NCBI GenBank assembly: GCA_963749705.1
Contig: CAVVNQ010000004.1
Span: 96,001 to 160,000, forward strand
Origin: an uncultured Chloroflexia bacterium
GTDB taxonomy: Bacteria > Chloroflexota > Limnocylindria > Limnocylindrales > CSP1-4
DNA length: 64,000 nt
Direction of reading: 5' to 3'
Part shown: positions 29,720-38,449 of the stretch, piece by piece
Layout of the letters: each line of letters begins with the position of its first letter
Position numbering within the stretch: position 1 is the stretch's first letter
The notes under the pieces: model-generated
Database searches by the model: none
What the model saw: only the letters and a program-made list of their open reading frames with translations
Told to the model about the DNA's origin: nothing
Made by a program: the position numbers and the translations under genes

Positions 29720-30582
29720 CGACGATCGATGACCGGGACCTGCTGATCGAGACGATCACGCGGGAGGTGCTGGCGACGTTCTCGCTGGGCGGCGAGACGT
29801 GCATCAACTGCGGCGGGTCGTGCGCCGCGCATTGCGCGGACAAGGTCCGCGACGTCGTGACCAACGGCGCCAGCCGGATCGCGTACCACGGCCGGGGCAG
29901 CGACGTGCCGCTGGACCTCGCCGGCTACATCGACCACACCCTGCTCCGCCCCGACGCCACCGCGGCCGACATCGACCGCCTGTGCGCGGAGGCCGTCGAG
30001 CACCACTTCGCGGCGGTGTGCATCAACCCCACCTGGATCCGACGCGCGGCGGACAACGTGCGCGGGACCGATGTCGCGGTCGCCTCGGTGATCGGCTTCC
30101 CGTTCGGCGCCGCGACGACCGAGGTCAAGGCCATGGAGGCGCGCCGCGCCATCCGCGACGGGGCGCGCGAGATCGACATGGTGATCAACATCGGGGCGCT
30201 CAAGAGCGGCATGCTGGACGCGGTCCGCGAGGACATCGATCGCGTCTCCGACGCATGCCACGAGTCCGGGGCCCTCAACAAGGTGATCATCGAGACCGCG
30301 CTCCTCACCGACGAGGAGAAGGTCATCGCGTGTCACCTCGCGAAGGAGGCCAAGGCTGACTTCGTCAAGACCTCCACCGGCTACGCCTCGGGTGGCGCGA
30401 CCGTGTTCGACGTCGCCCTCATGCGCGAGGCGGTGGGCTCACGGATGGGCGTCAAGGCCTCGGGCGGGATCCGTACCGCCGAGGATGTCCAGGACATGAT
30501 CGCCGCCGGCGCCACCCGGATCGGGGCCTCCGCCGGCGTCAAGATCGTCACAGGAGAGAGGGGAGCGCGTGAGCAATATTGA
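29716..30582 (+). CDS. deoC: Deoxyribose-phosphate aldolase with encapsulation peptide and Cys-rich extension
   Basis: [49 protein letters not shown]-terminus [14 protein letters not shown] then [12 protein letters not shown]. Confidence 0.93.
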   Translation: MTTIDDRDLLIETITREVLATFSLGGETCINCGGSCAAHCADKVRDVVTNGASRIAYHGRGSDVPLDLAGYIDHTLLRPDATAADIDRLCAEAVEHHFAAVCINPTWIRRAADNVRGTDVAVASVIGFPFGAATTEVKAMEARRAIRDGAREIDMVINIGALKSGMLDAVREDIDRVSDACHESGALNKVIIETALLTDEEKVIACHLAKEAKADFVKTSTGYASGGATVFDVALMREAVGSRMGVKASGGIRTAEDVQDMIAAGATRIGASAGVKIVTGERGAREQY

Positions 30583-31198
30583 CCTTCGCGCCTATGTCTT
30601 CCTCGACAGCCTCCAGGCGCAGTACGCCGCGTTCCTGGGGACCGTCGCGCAGGGGTTCCTGCCGCTGGCCGGCGATGCGTCGCTGTCGATCGAGGTGTCG
30701 CCGGGCATCGAGATCAACCGGCTGACGGACATCGCCCTCAAGTCCACCTCGGTCAAGCCGGGGATGCAGATCATCGAGCGCTACTACGGCATGCTCGAGG
30801 TCCACTCCCCCTCGCAGGCGGAGGTCCGGGCGGCCGGGGCGGCCATCCTGCGCGAGATCGGGCTCGAGGAGACGGACCGGATCAAGCCCCGGATCCTGTC
30901 CAGCCAGATCATCCGCCGCATCGACGATCACCAGGCGCAGCTGATCAACCGCACCCGCCACGGCCAGATGCTGATCCCGGGCGAGACGCTGTACGTGCTC
31001 GAGCTCGAGCCCGCGGCCTACGCGGCCCTCGCCGCCAACGAGGCGGAGAAGGCGGCCCACATCAACATCCTCGAGGTCCGCTCGTTCGGCTCGATGGGCC
31101 GGATCTACCTGGGCGGCGAGGAACGGGACATCGACGTCGGCTGGCGCGCGGCGCTGGCCTCGATCGAGGGCCTCGACGGCCGCGAGGCCAAGAGCTGA
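30569..31198 (+). CDS. BMC shell trimer (BMC-T, CcmP/CsoS1D-like permuted tandem domain)
   Basis: [16 protein letters not shown]...GFLP..GD....[19 protein letters not shown] motifs characteristic of CcmP/CsoS1D. Confidence 0.88.
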   Translation: MSNIDLRAYVFLDSLQAQYAAFLGTVAQGFLPLAGDASLSIEVSPGIEINRLTDIALKSTSVKPGMQIIERYYGMLEVHSPSQAEVRAAGAAILREIGLEETDRIKPRILSSQIIRRIDDHQAQLINRTRHGQMLIPGETLYVLELEPAAYAALAANEAEKAAHINILEVRSFGSMGRIYLGGEERDIDVGWRAALASIEGLDGREAKS

Positions 31199-31244
31199 CA
31201 CCCACCACCAATACCGGCAATCACAACGGCGAAGGAGAGGATCG

Positions 31245-31553
31245 ATGGCTGAAGCACTGGGCATGATCGAGGCGCGCGGGTTCGCCGCGATGGTCGAGGC
31301 GGCCGACGCGATGGTCAAGGCGGCCAAGGTCGAGCTGGTGAGCTACGAGAAGACCGGCGGCGGCTACGTGACCGCGGTCGTGCGCGGTGACGTCGCGGCG
31401 GTCAAGGCGGCCGTCGAGGCGGGCGTCCGGGCCGCCACCAAGGTCGGCGAGGTGGTCACCAGCCACGTCATCGCGCGGCCGCACAGCAACGTGGACCTCG
31501 TCCTCCCGCTCGGTCGTGCCGAGCAGGCCAAGGGCGAGAAGGGCGACGACTGA
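31245..31553 (+). CDS. BMC shell hexamer (BMC-H, EutM/PduA-like)
   Basis: ALGMIEARG...[12 protein letters not shown]...[21 protein letters not shown]...HVIARPH; AAGGAG RBS. Confidence 0.96.
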   Translation: MAEALGMIEARGFAAMVEAADAMVKAAKVELVSYEKTGGGYVTAVVRGDVAAVKAAVEAGVRAATKVGEVVTSHVIARPHSNVDLVLPLGRAEQAKGEKGDD

Positions 31554-31611
31554 CGTTCGCACCAGGGGCCGCGGTCGCAGCGCGATCGCGGCCCGGACCC
31601 GGGAGGAAGCC

Positions 31612-31899
31612 ATGCTCCTTGGACGGGTGGCCGGAACGGTCGTCTCCAGCCGCAAGGAACCGCTGATCGAGGGCTGGAAGCTGCTCCTCGTGCGCCAGCT
31701 CGACACCGACAACCACGAGGGCGGCGGCTACGTCGTCGCCGCCGACGCCGTGGGCGCCGGGGTGGGCGAGGTCGTCCTGTACGCGACGGGCAGCTCCGCG
31801 CGCCAGACCGAGATGACCAGGGATCGACCGTGCGACGCCGTGATCATGGCGATCGTCGACACCTGGGAGGTCGGCGGTCGTGAGATCTATCGGAAGTAG
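31612..31899 (+). CDS. BMC vertex pentamer 1 (EutN/CcmL family)
   Basis: [15 protein letters not shown]...KLLLV...[20 protein letters not shown]...DAVIMAIVD. Confidence 0.95.
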   Translation: MLLGRVAGTVVSSRKEPLIEGWKLLLVRQLDTDNHEGGGYVVAADAVGAGVGEVVLYATGSSARQTEMTRDRPCDAVIMAIVDTWEVGGREIYRK

Positions 31900-31902
31900 C
31901 CG

Positions 31903-33363
31903 ATGAGCGACCTCAGCGAGCGCGACATCCAGGACATCATCGAGCGCGTCAGGCGGCGGATCGACGCCGCCTCCGAGGGCCGGGTGGGCACGGCGCTGCG
32001 CGCCGAGGCCGAGCTGGCCGCCGCGCCCACCGAGCTGGGCGACGGGATCCACGCCACGATCGACGACGCGGTCGCGGCGGCCACCGGCGCGTTCCGCGAG
32101 TTCCAGTCCATGGGCCTCGACGGGCGGCGGGTGATCATCGAGGCGATCCGGCAGTCGATGCTCGACCACGCGGAGCAGCTCGCGCGGATGGCCCATCAGG
32201 AGACGCACCTCGGGCGGTACGAGGACAAGGTCGTCAAGAACCGCCTGGTGACGATGAAGGCGGCGGGCCCCGAGGACCTCGAGGTCGAGGCGGTGTCCGG
32301 CAGCCTGGGCATGATGGTCACGGAGTGGGCGCCGTTCGGTGTCGTGGCCGCGATCACGCCGGTCACCAACCCGACCTCCACGGTGATCAACAACACGATC
32401 AGCATCGTGTCCGCCGGCAACGCGGTCGTGTTCAACGCCCACCCCAACGCGAAACGAAGCTCCGCGGAGACGATCCGCCTGATCAACCGCGCGATCGTCG
32501 GCGCCGGCGGCCCGTCGGACCTGGTGACCGCGATCGTGGAGCCGACGATCGACAGCGCCCGGGCCCTGATGAGCCACCCCGGCGTCCGGGTGCTGCTGGT
32601 CACCGGTGGTCCGGGCGTCGTCCGCGAGGCGCTGCGGACCGACAAGCGGGCGATCACGGCCGGCCCCGGCAACCCGCCCGCGGTGGTCGACCAGACGGCG
32701 GACGTCGAGCGCGCGGGCCGCGACATCGTGCGCGGCGCGTCGTTCGACAACAACATCATCTGCACCGACGAGAAGGTCGTGCTGGTCGTGGACTCGGTCG
32801 CGGACCGGCTGATCCGCGCGATGACCCACAACGGCGCCTACCTGCTCAAGGAGCACGAGCTCCGACGCCTGGAGCGGGTGATCTTCCGGGAGCTCGGCGA
32901 GCCGGGCAAGCCCGGCGTCATCAACCCCGCCTGGATCGGCCGCGACGCCGCGAAGATCCTGGCCGAGATCGGGGTCAGCGTGGAGCCCGAGCCGCGGCTG
33001 CTGATCGCGGAGGTGCCGCGGGATCACAGCCTGGTGTGGACCGAGCAGATGATGCCGGTGCTCCCCGTGGTGCGGGTCGGGACCGTCGACCAGGCGATCG
33101 ACCTCGCCGTCCGAGCCGAGCATGGGTTCCGGCACACCGCGTCGATCCACTCGACCAACGTGGACACGATCACGCGCATGGCCCGGGCCATGAACTGCAG
33201 CATCTTCGTGGCCAACGGACCCAACTTCGCGGGGCTGGGCGAGGGCGGCGAGGGGTTCTCGTCGTTCTCCATCGCCTCCCCCACCGGCGACGGCCTGACC
33301 CGGCCGCGGACCTTCTCGCGCGAGCGGCGGATCACCGTCGTCGGCGCGCTCCGGATCGTCTGA
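31903..33363 (+). CDS. CoA-acylating aldehyde dehydrogenase (EutE/PduP-like) with encapsulation peptide
   Basis: PFGVVAAITPVTNP, VTGGPGVV, AGPGNPP, SFDNNIICTDEK (catalytic Cys), EQMMP, IASPTGDG. N-terminal helix SERDIQDIIERVRRRI. Confidence 0.94.
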   Translation: MSDLSERDIQDIIERVRRRIDAASEGRVGTALRAEAELAAAPTELGDGIHATIDDAVAAATGAFREFQSMGLDGRRVIIEAIRQSMLDHAEQLARMAHQETHLGRYEDKVVKNRLVTMKAAGPEDLEVEAVSGSLGMMVTEWAPFGVVAAITPVTNPTSTVINNTISIVSAGNAVVFNAHPNAKRSSAETIRLINRAIVGAGGPSDLVTAIVEPTIDSARALMSHPGVRVLLVTGGPGVVREALRTDKRAITAGPGNPPAVVDQTADVERAGRDIVRGASFDNNIICTDEKVVLVVDSVADRLIRAMTHNGAYLLKEHELRRLERVIFRELGEPGKPGVINPAWIGRDAAKILAEIGVSVEPEPRLLIAEVPRDHSLVWTEQMMPVLPVVRVGTVDQAIDLAVRAEHGFRHTASIHSTNVDTITRMARAMNCSIFVANGPNFAGLGEGGEGFSSFSIASPTGDGLTRPRTFSRERRITVVGALRIV

Positions 33364-33365
33364 CC

Positions 33366-33956
33366 ATGCAGCCGGCCATCGCCCTGCTCGAGCTCGACTC
33401 GATCGCCGTCGGGATCGAGACCGGCGATGCGATGGCCAAGCGCTCCCCCATCGACGTCATCTACGCCGGGACCGTCCACCCCGGCAAGTACCTGGTGCTC
33501 GTGGGCGGGGCGGTCGCGGACGTCGAGGAGGCGCTCGAGGCCGGGCGCGCCGTCGGCGGACCATCGATCCTCGACGTCGTCCTGCTCCCGGACGTCCATC
33601 CCCAGGTGGTGGCCGCGATCCGCGGCACCCGGCGAGCATCTTCGGGCGAGGCACTGGGGATCATCGAGACCCAGACGGTGGCCGCGATCATCGATGCGGC
33701 CGACGCCGGGGTGAAGGGCGCGCGGGTCCGGCTGCTCGAGCTTCGCCTCGCCGACGGCATCGGCGGCAAGGCGTACCTGCTGTTCGGCGGCGGCGTAGCC
33801 GATGTCGAGGCGGCGGTCGAGCTTGGCCGCGACCGGATCGGCGCCGCCGCGCGCTCGATCTCCCGCGTGATCCCCCAGCTCCATGGCGAGATGCGCGTCA
33901 ACCTCGAGGCCGACTCCCGGTTCCGCGACCGGATTGCCGCTCGAGAGGACGCCTGA
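33366..33956 (+). CDS. BMC shell trimer (PduT-like tandem domain)
   Basis: AIALLELDSIAVG...DAMAK...GTVHPGKYLVLVGG...ALGIIET..VAA...ADAGVKGA...LADGIGGKAY. Confidence 0.9.
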   Translation: MQPAIALLELDSIAVGIETGDAMAKRSPIDVIYAGTVHPGKYLVLVGGAVADVEEALEAGRAVGGPSILDVVLLPDVHPQVVAAIRGTRRASSGEALGIIETQTVAAIIDAADAGVKGARVRLLELRLADGIGGKAYLLFGGGVADVEAAVELGRDRIGAAARSISRVIPQLHGEMRVNLEADSRFRDRIAAREDA

Positions 33957-33957
33957 G

Positions 33958-34338
33958 ATGCAGCTCGCGCGGGTCATCGGCACCGTCGTGGCGACGATCA
34001 AGTCGCCCGGGCTCGAGGGCGTCCCGCTGCTGATCGTGCAGCCGCTCGACCGGCGGCAGCAGGCCGAGGGGACGCCGGTCGTCGCCGCGGACGCGGTCCG
34101 GATGGCCGGACCCGGCGAGCTCGTGTACATCGTCGCCGCCCGCGAGGCGTCGCTCGCCCTGGACGAGCCGTTCGTACCGGTCGACCATGCGATCGTGGGC
34201 ATCGTGGACGCGGTCGCCACCGATGGGGAGCGCGACCCACGCGGAACCGGCGAACCACGCGGAGCGGGGGCGCCATCCGCCGGCCATCCCGCGACGCGCC
34301 GGAAGCGGGCGCCGTCACGCGGAAGGGGCACGCCATGA
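33958..34338 (+). CDS. BMC vertex pentamer 2 with basic C-terminal tail
   Basis: MQLARVIGTVVATIK...VAADAV.AGPGELV...REA...PVDHAIVGIVD followed by a ~38-aa Gly/Pro/Arg tail. Confidence 0.92.
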   Translation: MQLARVIGTVVATIKSPGLEGVPLLIVQPLDRRQQAEGTPVVAADAVRMAGPGELVYIVAAREASLALDEPFVPVDHAIVGIVDAVATDGERDPRGTGEPRGAGAPSAGHPATRRKRAPSRGRGTP

Positions 34339-34682
34339 AGCTCGCGCGGGTGGTCGCCACGGTCACCTCGACGATCAACGTGCCGCTGTTCGACGGCCGC
34401 AAGCTGCTGCTGTGCGACCTGCTCGATCCTGAGGGCGCCGACGCGGGCGGGTACCTGATCGCCGTCGACACCGTGGGTGCCGGCCCGGGCGAGACGGTGC
34501 TGCTCATGGACGAAGGGAACTCCGCGCGCCAGATCCTGGACGCGCGGGACGCGCCGGTCCGCACGCTGGTGGTGGGGATCGTCGACGCGGTGGAGCTCGC
34601 GAAGCCGGTGGGCGATGCGTCGACGGTGGCGCGGCGCACGCCCAACCGCGCTCGACCCGCACGCCGCCGCGCGGCCGAATGA
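34335..34682 (+). CDS. BMC vertex pentamer 3 with Arg-rich tail
   Basis: MKLARVVATVTST...KLLL...IAVDTVGAGPGETVL..EGNSAR...VVGIVD. Confidence 0.93.
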   Translation: MKLARVVATVTSTINVPLFDGRKLLLCDLLDPEGADAGGYLIAVDTVGAGPGETVLLMDEGNSARQILDARDAPVRTLVVGIVDAVELAKPVGDASTVARRTPNRARPARRRAAE

Positions 34683-35119
34683 CCCCGGACGACGGGGTCC
34701 CCCGGCGCGTCCGCCTTGCCGCCTACGCGTGGATCGAGGACGACGGGCGGGTGGTCCTGGTCCGTGTCGCCGCCGGGTCGCCGGGAGCCGGCGAGTGGAC
34801 GCTGCCCGGGGGCGGGCTCCGGTTCGGGGAGGACCCGGTCGACGGCGTCGTCCGCGAGGTGGCCGAGGAGACCGGCCTGACGGTCAGGGTCGGCAGCCTC
34901 GTCGCGGTCCGATCGACCGTGCTCGAGCCCGGGGAGACGCCGAGCGGCGACCGAATCCACGCGGTCGGGCTCGTGTACCGGGCGAGCGCCGACGACGGCG
35001 AGCTTCGCCACGAGGCTGACGGATCCACCGACATGGCGGCGTGGATCTCGTTCGACGAGCTCGATGCGCTCGCGTCGGCGCGGCTGCTGCGCTGGGCGCG
35101 GAGCGTGGTTGGTCGATGA
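34679..35119 (+). CDS. NUDIX hydrolase
   Basis: Nudix box GGGLRFGEDPVDGVVREVAEETGL; ATGA overlap with BMC-P 3. Confidence 0.9.
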   Translation: MTPDDGVPRRVRLAAYAWIEDDGRVVLVRVAAGSPGAGEWTLPGGGLRFGEDPVDGVVREVAEETGLTVRVGSLVAVRSTVLEPGETPSGDRIHAVGLVYRASADDGELRHEADGSTDMAAWISFDELDALASARLLRWARSVVGR

Positions 35120-35157
35120 CCCGAACGACGCCCCCCTCCGCGCGCTACCCTGCCGCC

Positions 35158-37011
35158 ATGTCGAACCTTCCGTTGTGGGAGCGCCGTTTCCGCGCGCCCG
35201 TCCTGTCCTTTCCGTCATGGTCAGCGGAGGCGCCGGACAGGATCGTGGTCGCCTCCACCGAGAGCGGGAGCTACCAGCTCCACACCTGGGACCGGGCCAC
35301 CGGCCGTCGCCGGCAGGTCACCCGGGACCCCGTCGGGGTCACCGAGGGCCGGCCGACCCGCGATGGCACGGGGGTGATCTGGTTCCGCGACGACACGGGA
35401 GATGAGACAGGTACCTTCGTGATCGCCCCGTTCGACGAGGACGTCGCGCCCGAGCCGTTGATCGAAGGGTTGCCCAGGGGCTGGTCCGAGGGCCTCGCGA
35501 TCGGCCGGACGCGCTCGGTCGCCGTGGTCAGCTCGATCGACGGGTTCTCGGTGTGGACCGCGGCCAACGGCTCGGCTGCGCGCCGGATCCACGCCCACCG
35601 GCAGCCGGTCCGGCTGGCCGGAGGCTGGGGCGTGATCGCGTCGGTGGACCGCAACGCCCTGTCGGCCGACGACGCGGTCGTCGTGCTCGAGATCATGGAG
35701 GACGGCGACGTCCTGCACCCGTCGCTGCGGGCGATCGACGCCGACACCGGCGAGACCGTCCGCGACCTGCGGGATCCGGGGCTCGAGCTCGCGGGGTTCG
35801 GCTTCTCGCCCGTGCCCGGCGACCGCCGCATCGCGATCACGCACGAGCGGACCGGCGATCGGCGGCCGGCCCTGTGGGACACGGACAGCGGTGAGGTCAT
35901 CGACCTCGACATCGACCTCGAGGGGCCGGTGGAGCCGGTCGGCTGGTGGCCGGATGGCTCGGCGCTCCTCCTGCAGCAGCTCGTCGAGGGCCGCCACCGC
36001 CTCCATCGCTACGACCTGGCCGGCGGACGCGTCGAGGCCCTCGACACGGTGCTGGGCTCGATCACCGCCGCGGCCGTCCGGCCCGACGGCTCCGTGTGGT
36101 ATCGCGTCCATGCCGGCGAGCATCCGGCGATGCTCCTGGCGGTGGGCTCGCCGACGCCGCTCCTGGTCGCCGATGGAGCCCCGGCGCCGGCGGGCCGGCC
36201 GTTCGAATCCTGGTGGTTCGCCAATCCCGACGGGCAGCAAGTGCACGGCTTCCTCGTCCACCCCGAGGGGCCCGGGCCGCACCCCGTGATGATGCGCGTG
36301 CACGGTGGCCCGCAATCCACCGACATGGACCGGTGGGCGCCCGACATCCAGGCACACGTGGACGCCGGCTTCCTGGTCGCGATGGTCAACTACCGTGGAT
36401 CCGAGGGGTTCGGCCGGCAATGGCGCGATGCGCTCACCGGCAACGTCGGCTTCCTCGAGCTCGAGGACGTCCTTGCCGGGCTCGACGACCTCGTCGCCCG
36501 GGGCCTCGCGGACCCGTCTCGAGCGGTGCTCGCCGGCTGGTCATGGGGCGGGTACATCACGCTGCTGGGCATGGGCCGCCACCCTGGGCGCTGGGTCGCC
36601 GGCATCGGCGGCGTGCCCGTGGCCGACTACATCGCGGCCTACGAGGACGAGGCTCCCACCCTGCAGGCGCTCGACCGTGCGCTGTTCGGCGGGTCGCCCG
36701 AGACGGTGCCGGACCTGTTCGTGGAGCGCAACCCGATCACGTACGCCGACGATGTCCGCGCACCGCTGCTGATCCTCGCCGGCGAGAACGACAGCCGCTG
36801 CCCGATCCGCCAGGTGTGGAACTACGTCGAGCGGCTGCGCGCGCGTGGCGTCGAGCCGCAGGTGTACACGTACGCGACGGGACATGCGTCGTACGACATC
36901 GAGGAACGGGTCCGCCAGACGCGGATCGTGCTCGAGTTCCTGGCCAGGACCGTGCCGGGCGTGCGGCGGCTCGACGGGCTGGACGCTCCGCTGGAGGCGG
37001 CGCCGGCGTAG
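35158..37011 (+). CDS. S9 (prolyl oligopeptidase family) peptidase
   Basis: VHGGP, NYRGSEGFG, GWSWGG nucleophile, DSRCP, GH. Alternative start at 35116. Confidence 0.92.
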   Translation: MSNLPLWERRFRAPVLSFPSWSAEAPDRIVVASTESGSYQLHTWDRATGRRRQVTRDPVGVTEGRPTRDGTGVIWFRDDTGDETGTFVIAPFDEDVAPEPLIEGLPRGWSEGLAIGRTRSVAVVSSIDGFSVWTAANGSAARRIHAHRQPVRLAGGWGVIASVDRNALSADDAVVVLEIMEDGDVLHPSLRAIDADTGETVRDLRDPGLELAGFGFSPVPGDRRIAITHERTGDRRPALWDTDSGEVIDLDIDLEGPVEPVGWWPDGSALLLQQLVEGRHRLHRYDLAGGRVEALDTVLGSITAAAVRPDGSVWYRVHAGEHPAMLLAVGSPTPLLVADGAPAPAGRPFESWWFANPDGQQVHGFLVHPEGPGPHPVMMRVHGGPQSTDMDRWAPDIQAHVDAGFLVAMVNYRGSEGFGRQWRDALTGNVGFLELEDVLAGLDDLVARGLADPSRAVLAGWSWGGYITLLGMGRHPGRWVAGIGGVPVADYIAAYEDEAPTLQALDRALFGGSPETVPDLFVERNPITYADDVRAPLLILAGENDSRCPIRQVWNYVERLRARGVEPQVYTYATGHASYDIEERVRQTRIVLEFLARTVPGVRRLDGLDAPLEAAPA

Positions 37012-37211
37012 CGGGCCGCCGTATGCCCACCACGTTTAGCGAGCGCCAGAACCCGGCCGATCGGGCACGCGAGCACCGGGAACGACCCCACGACCCGTTC
37101 GCGACACGCTCACGGCGCTCGATTCGGCGGCACAGGAGTCCTTCGGGCGCCGCATTTCCGGCCCGGTAAGCGTGGTACGCATGCGAGGGGCAGCCACCAA
37201 GCCGCCGCGCC

Positions 37212-38315
37212 TCAGTCGAACCGGAACCGGCCCTCGCGGCCGAGGCAGGGCTGTCCGCGCCCGTACCTGATCTCGCCCGCGGTGACGTCGGCGACACACC
37301 AGAACGCGGTGGTCGAGGTCTCCGCACCGTCGTCGTGGCGACAGATCGATGGCGTCGACGCGTGATCGGACAGGGCCGCGAGCAACGTGTCCGCCGTGAT
37401 TGAACCCGCAGCCGGCCCTTCGCGGTCCGGGCCATCCAGCAGCTCCAGGGCGCGCCCCAGCCGAACCGCGGAGCGGCGCGCGTACGCCGGATCACCCTCA
37501 TAGCGAAGCATCGGCTCGCACGCGTAGTGGTTCGTGTGTGCGAACGTCCCGCCGCGGGTCAACCCGCCCAGCTCGGCATCGGTGGCCGATCCCTCGACGT
37601 TGACGACGCGCCCGTCGCGGTGCGCGAGCACGGTGTTGTACGAGGACGCACGGTCGGGCCGCAGCGTCATCCGCACGGCCTCGTCGAGCGAGGTCGCGGT
37701 GAGCTGCTCGCGGACCATCAGCAGGCGCGGGACCCCGACCCGCTCATCGTTGGGTGACAGCTCGTTGCCGGTCAGCGACAGGCCGGCCGCGTTCCAGCCG
37801 ACGCTGATCCAGGGGCCGATCCCGAGCGAGAACACGACCGGCTCCCCGGGCACCCGCCACTCGATGGCGATGATCGAATCCTCCGAGGCCGGGGCCAGGT
37901 CGTTGTTGTGCGCGATCAACACGTGGCCGTCGGCGGTCGCCGGGGGCCCCGCAACCAGGTCCGTGCAGCGGCCGTCCACGACCGCACCCGCGGTCGCCTG
38001 CGACGGACGGATCGACCAGATCTCCTCGATCGAGGCGGCGAACAGGGCGATCGGATCGACTCGCGCGCCGTCCGCAGCGCCGTCGATCTCGTCCACCAGC
38101 CATGGCGTCGCGCGGAGCGTCGCATCGCGGTACGCCGTCGCGAGCGCGAGCTGCTGGTCACGGGTCCGGCCGGCCGGTAGCTCGTCGTCGAAGGCGACCG
38201 CCTGCCGGAGGACCTCGGCGGTCGCCTCGCCGACCTGGCGGCCGACATCGCGATGCGATCCGCGCACGCTAAGGAACGGGATGCCCGGGCTCATGAACGG
38301 GATGCCCGGGCTCAT
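37212..38315 (-). CDS. C45 family (AAT / Ntn-hydrolase) peptidase/acyltransferase
   Basis: GR|CTDL self-cleavage Cys, AHNNDL, GWNAAGLSLTGNEL, AHTNHY, SICRH. Confidence 0.85.
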   Translation of the reverse strand: MSPGIPFMSPGIPFLSVRGSHRDVGRQVGEATAEVLRQAVAFDDELPAGRTRDQQLALATAYRDATLRATPWLVDEIDGAADGARVDPIALFAASIEEIWSIRPSQATAGAVVDGRCTDLVAGPPATADGHVLIAHNNDLAPASEDSIIAIEWRVPGEPVVFSLGIGPWISVGWNAAGLSLTGNELSPNDERVGVPRLLMVREQLTATSLDEAVRMTLRPDRASSYNTVLAHRDGRVVNVEGSATDAELGGLTRGGTFAHTNHYACEPMLRYEGDPAYARRSAVRLGRALELLDGPDREGPAAGSITADTLLAALSDHASTPSICRHDDGAETSTTAFWCVADVTAGEIRYGRGQPCLGREGRFRFD

Positions 38316-38330
38316 GAACGGGTGCCCGGC
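38274..38330. repeat. 21-bp tandem repeat over the C45 start (two full copies + one degenerate)
   Basis: GAACGGGATGCCCGGGCTCAT x2 then GAACGGGTGCCCGGC; encodes MSPGIPF-MSPGIPF. Confidence 0.9.
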
Positions 38331-38449
38331 TTGGCGCCGGTCGGCTGGATGGTCATTGGATCGCGACTGTACGCCGGTCGCCGGCCGGCCGCACCCGCGA
38401 ACGGGGTCGCCCGGCCGTTCTGACCCGCCGGCGCCGAGCCAGACCGCCG

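Noticed and set aside
30569-31198. CcmP/CsoS1D-like shell protein as evidence of a carboxysome
   Set aside because: No RuBisCO or carbonic anhydrase; the cargo is catabolic (DeoC, aldehyde dehydrogenase, RpiB).
31245-33363. Ethanolamine or propanediol utilisation locus
   Set aside because: No eutBC, pduCDE or glycyl-radical signature enzyme in the window.
38274-38330. 21-bp repeats as CRISPR or iterons
   Set aside because: Only 2-3 directly adjacent copies, no spacers, and they are coding.
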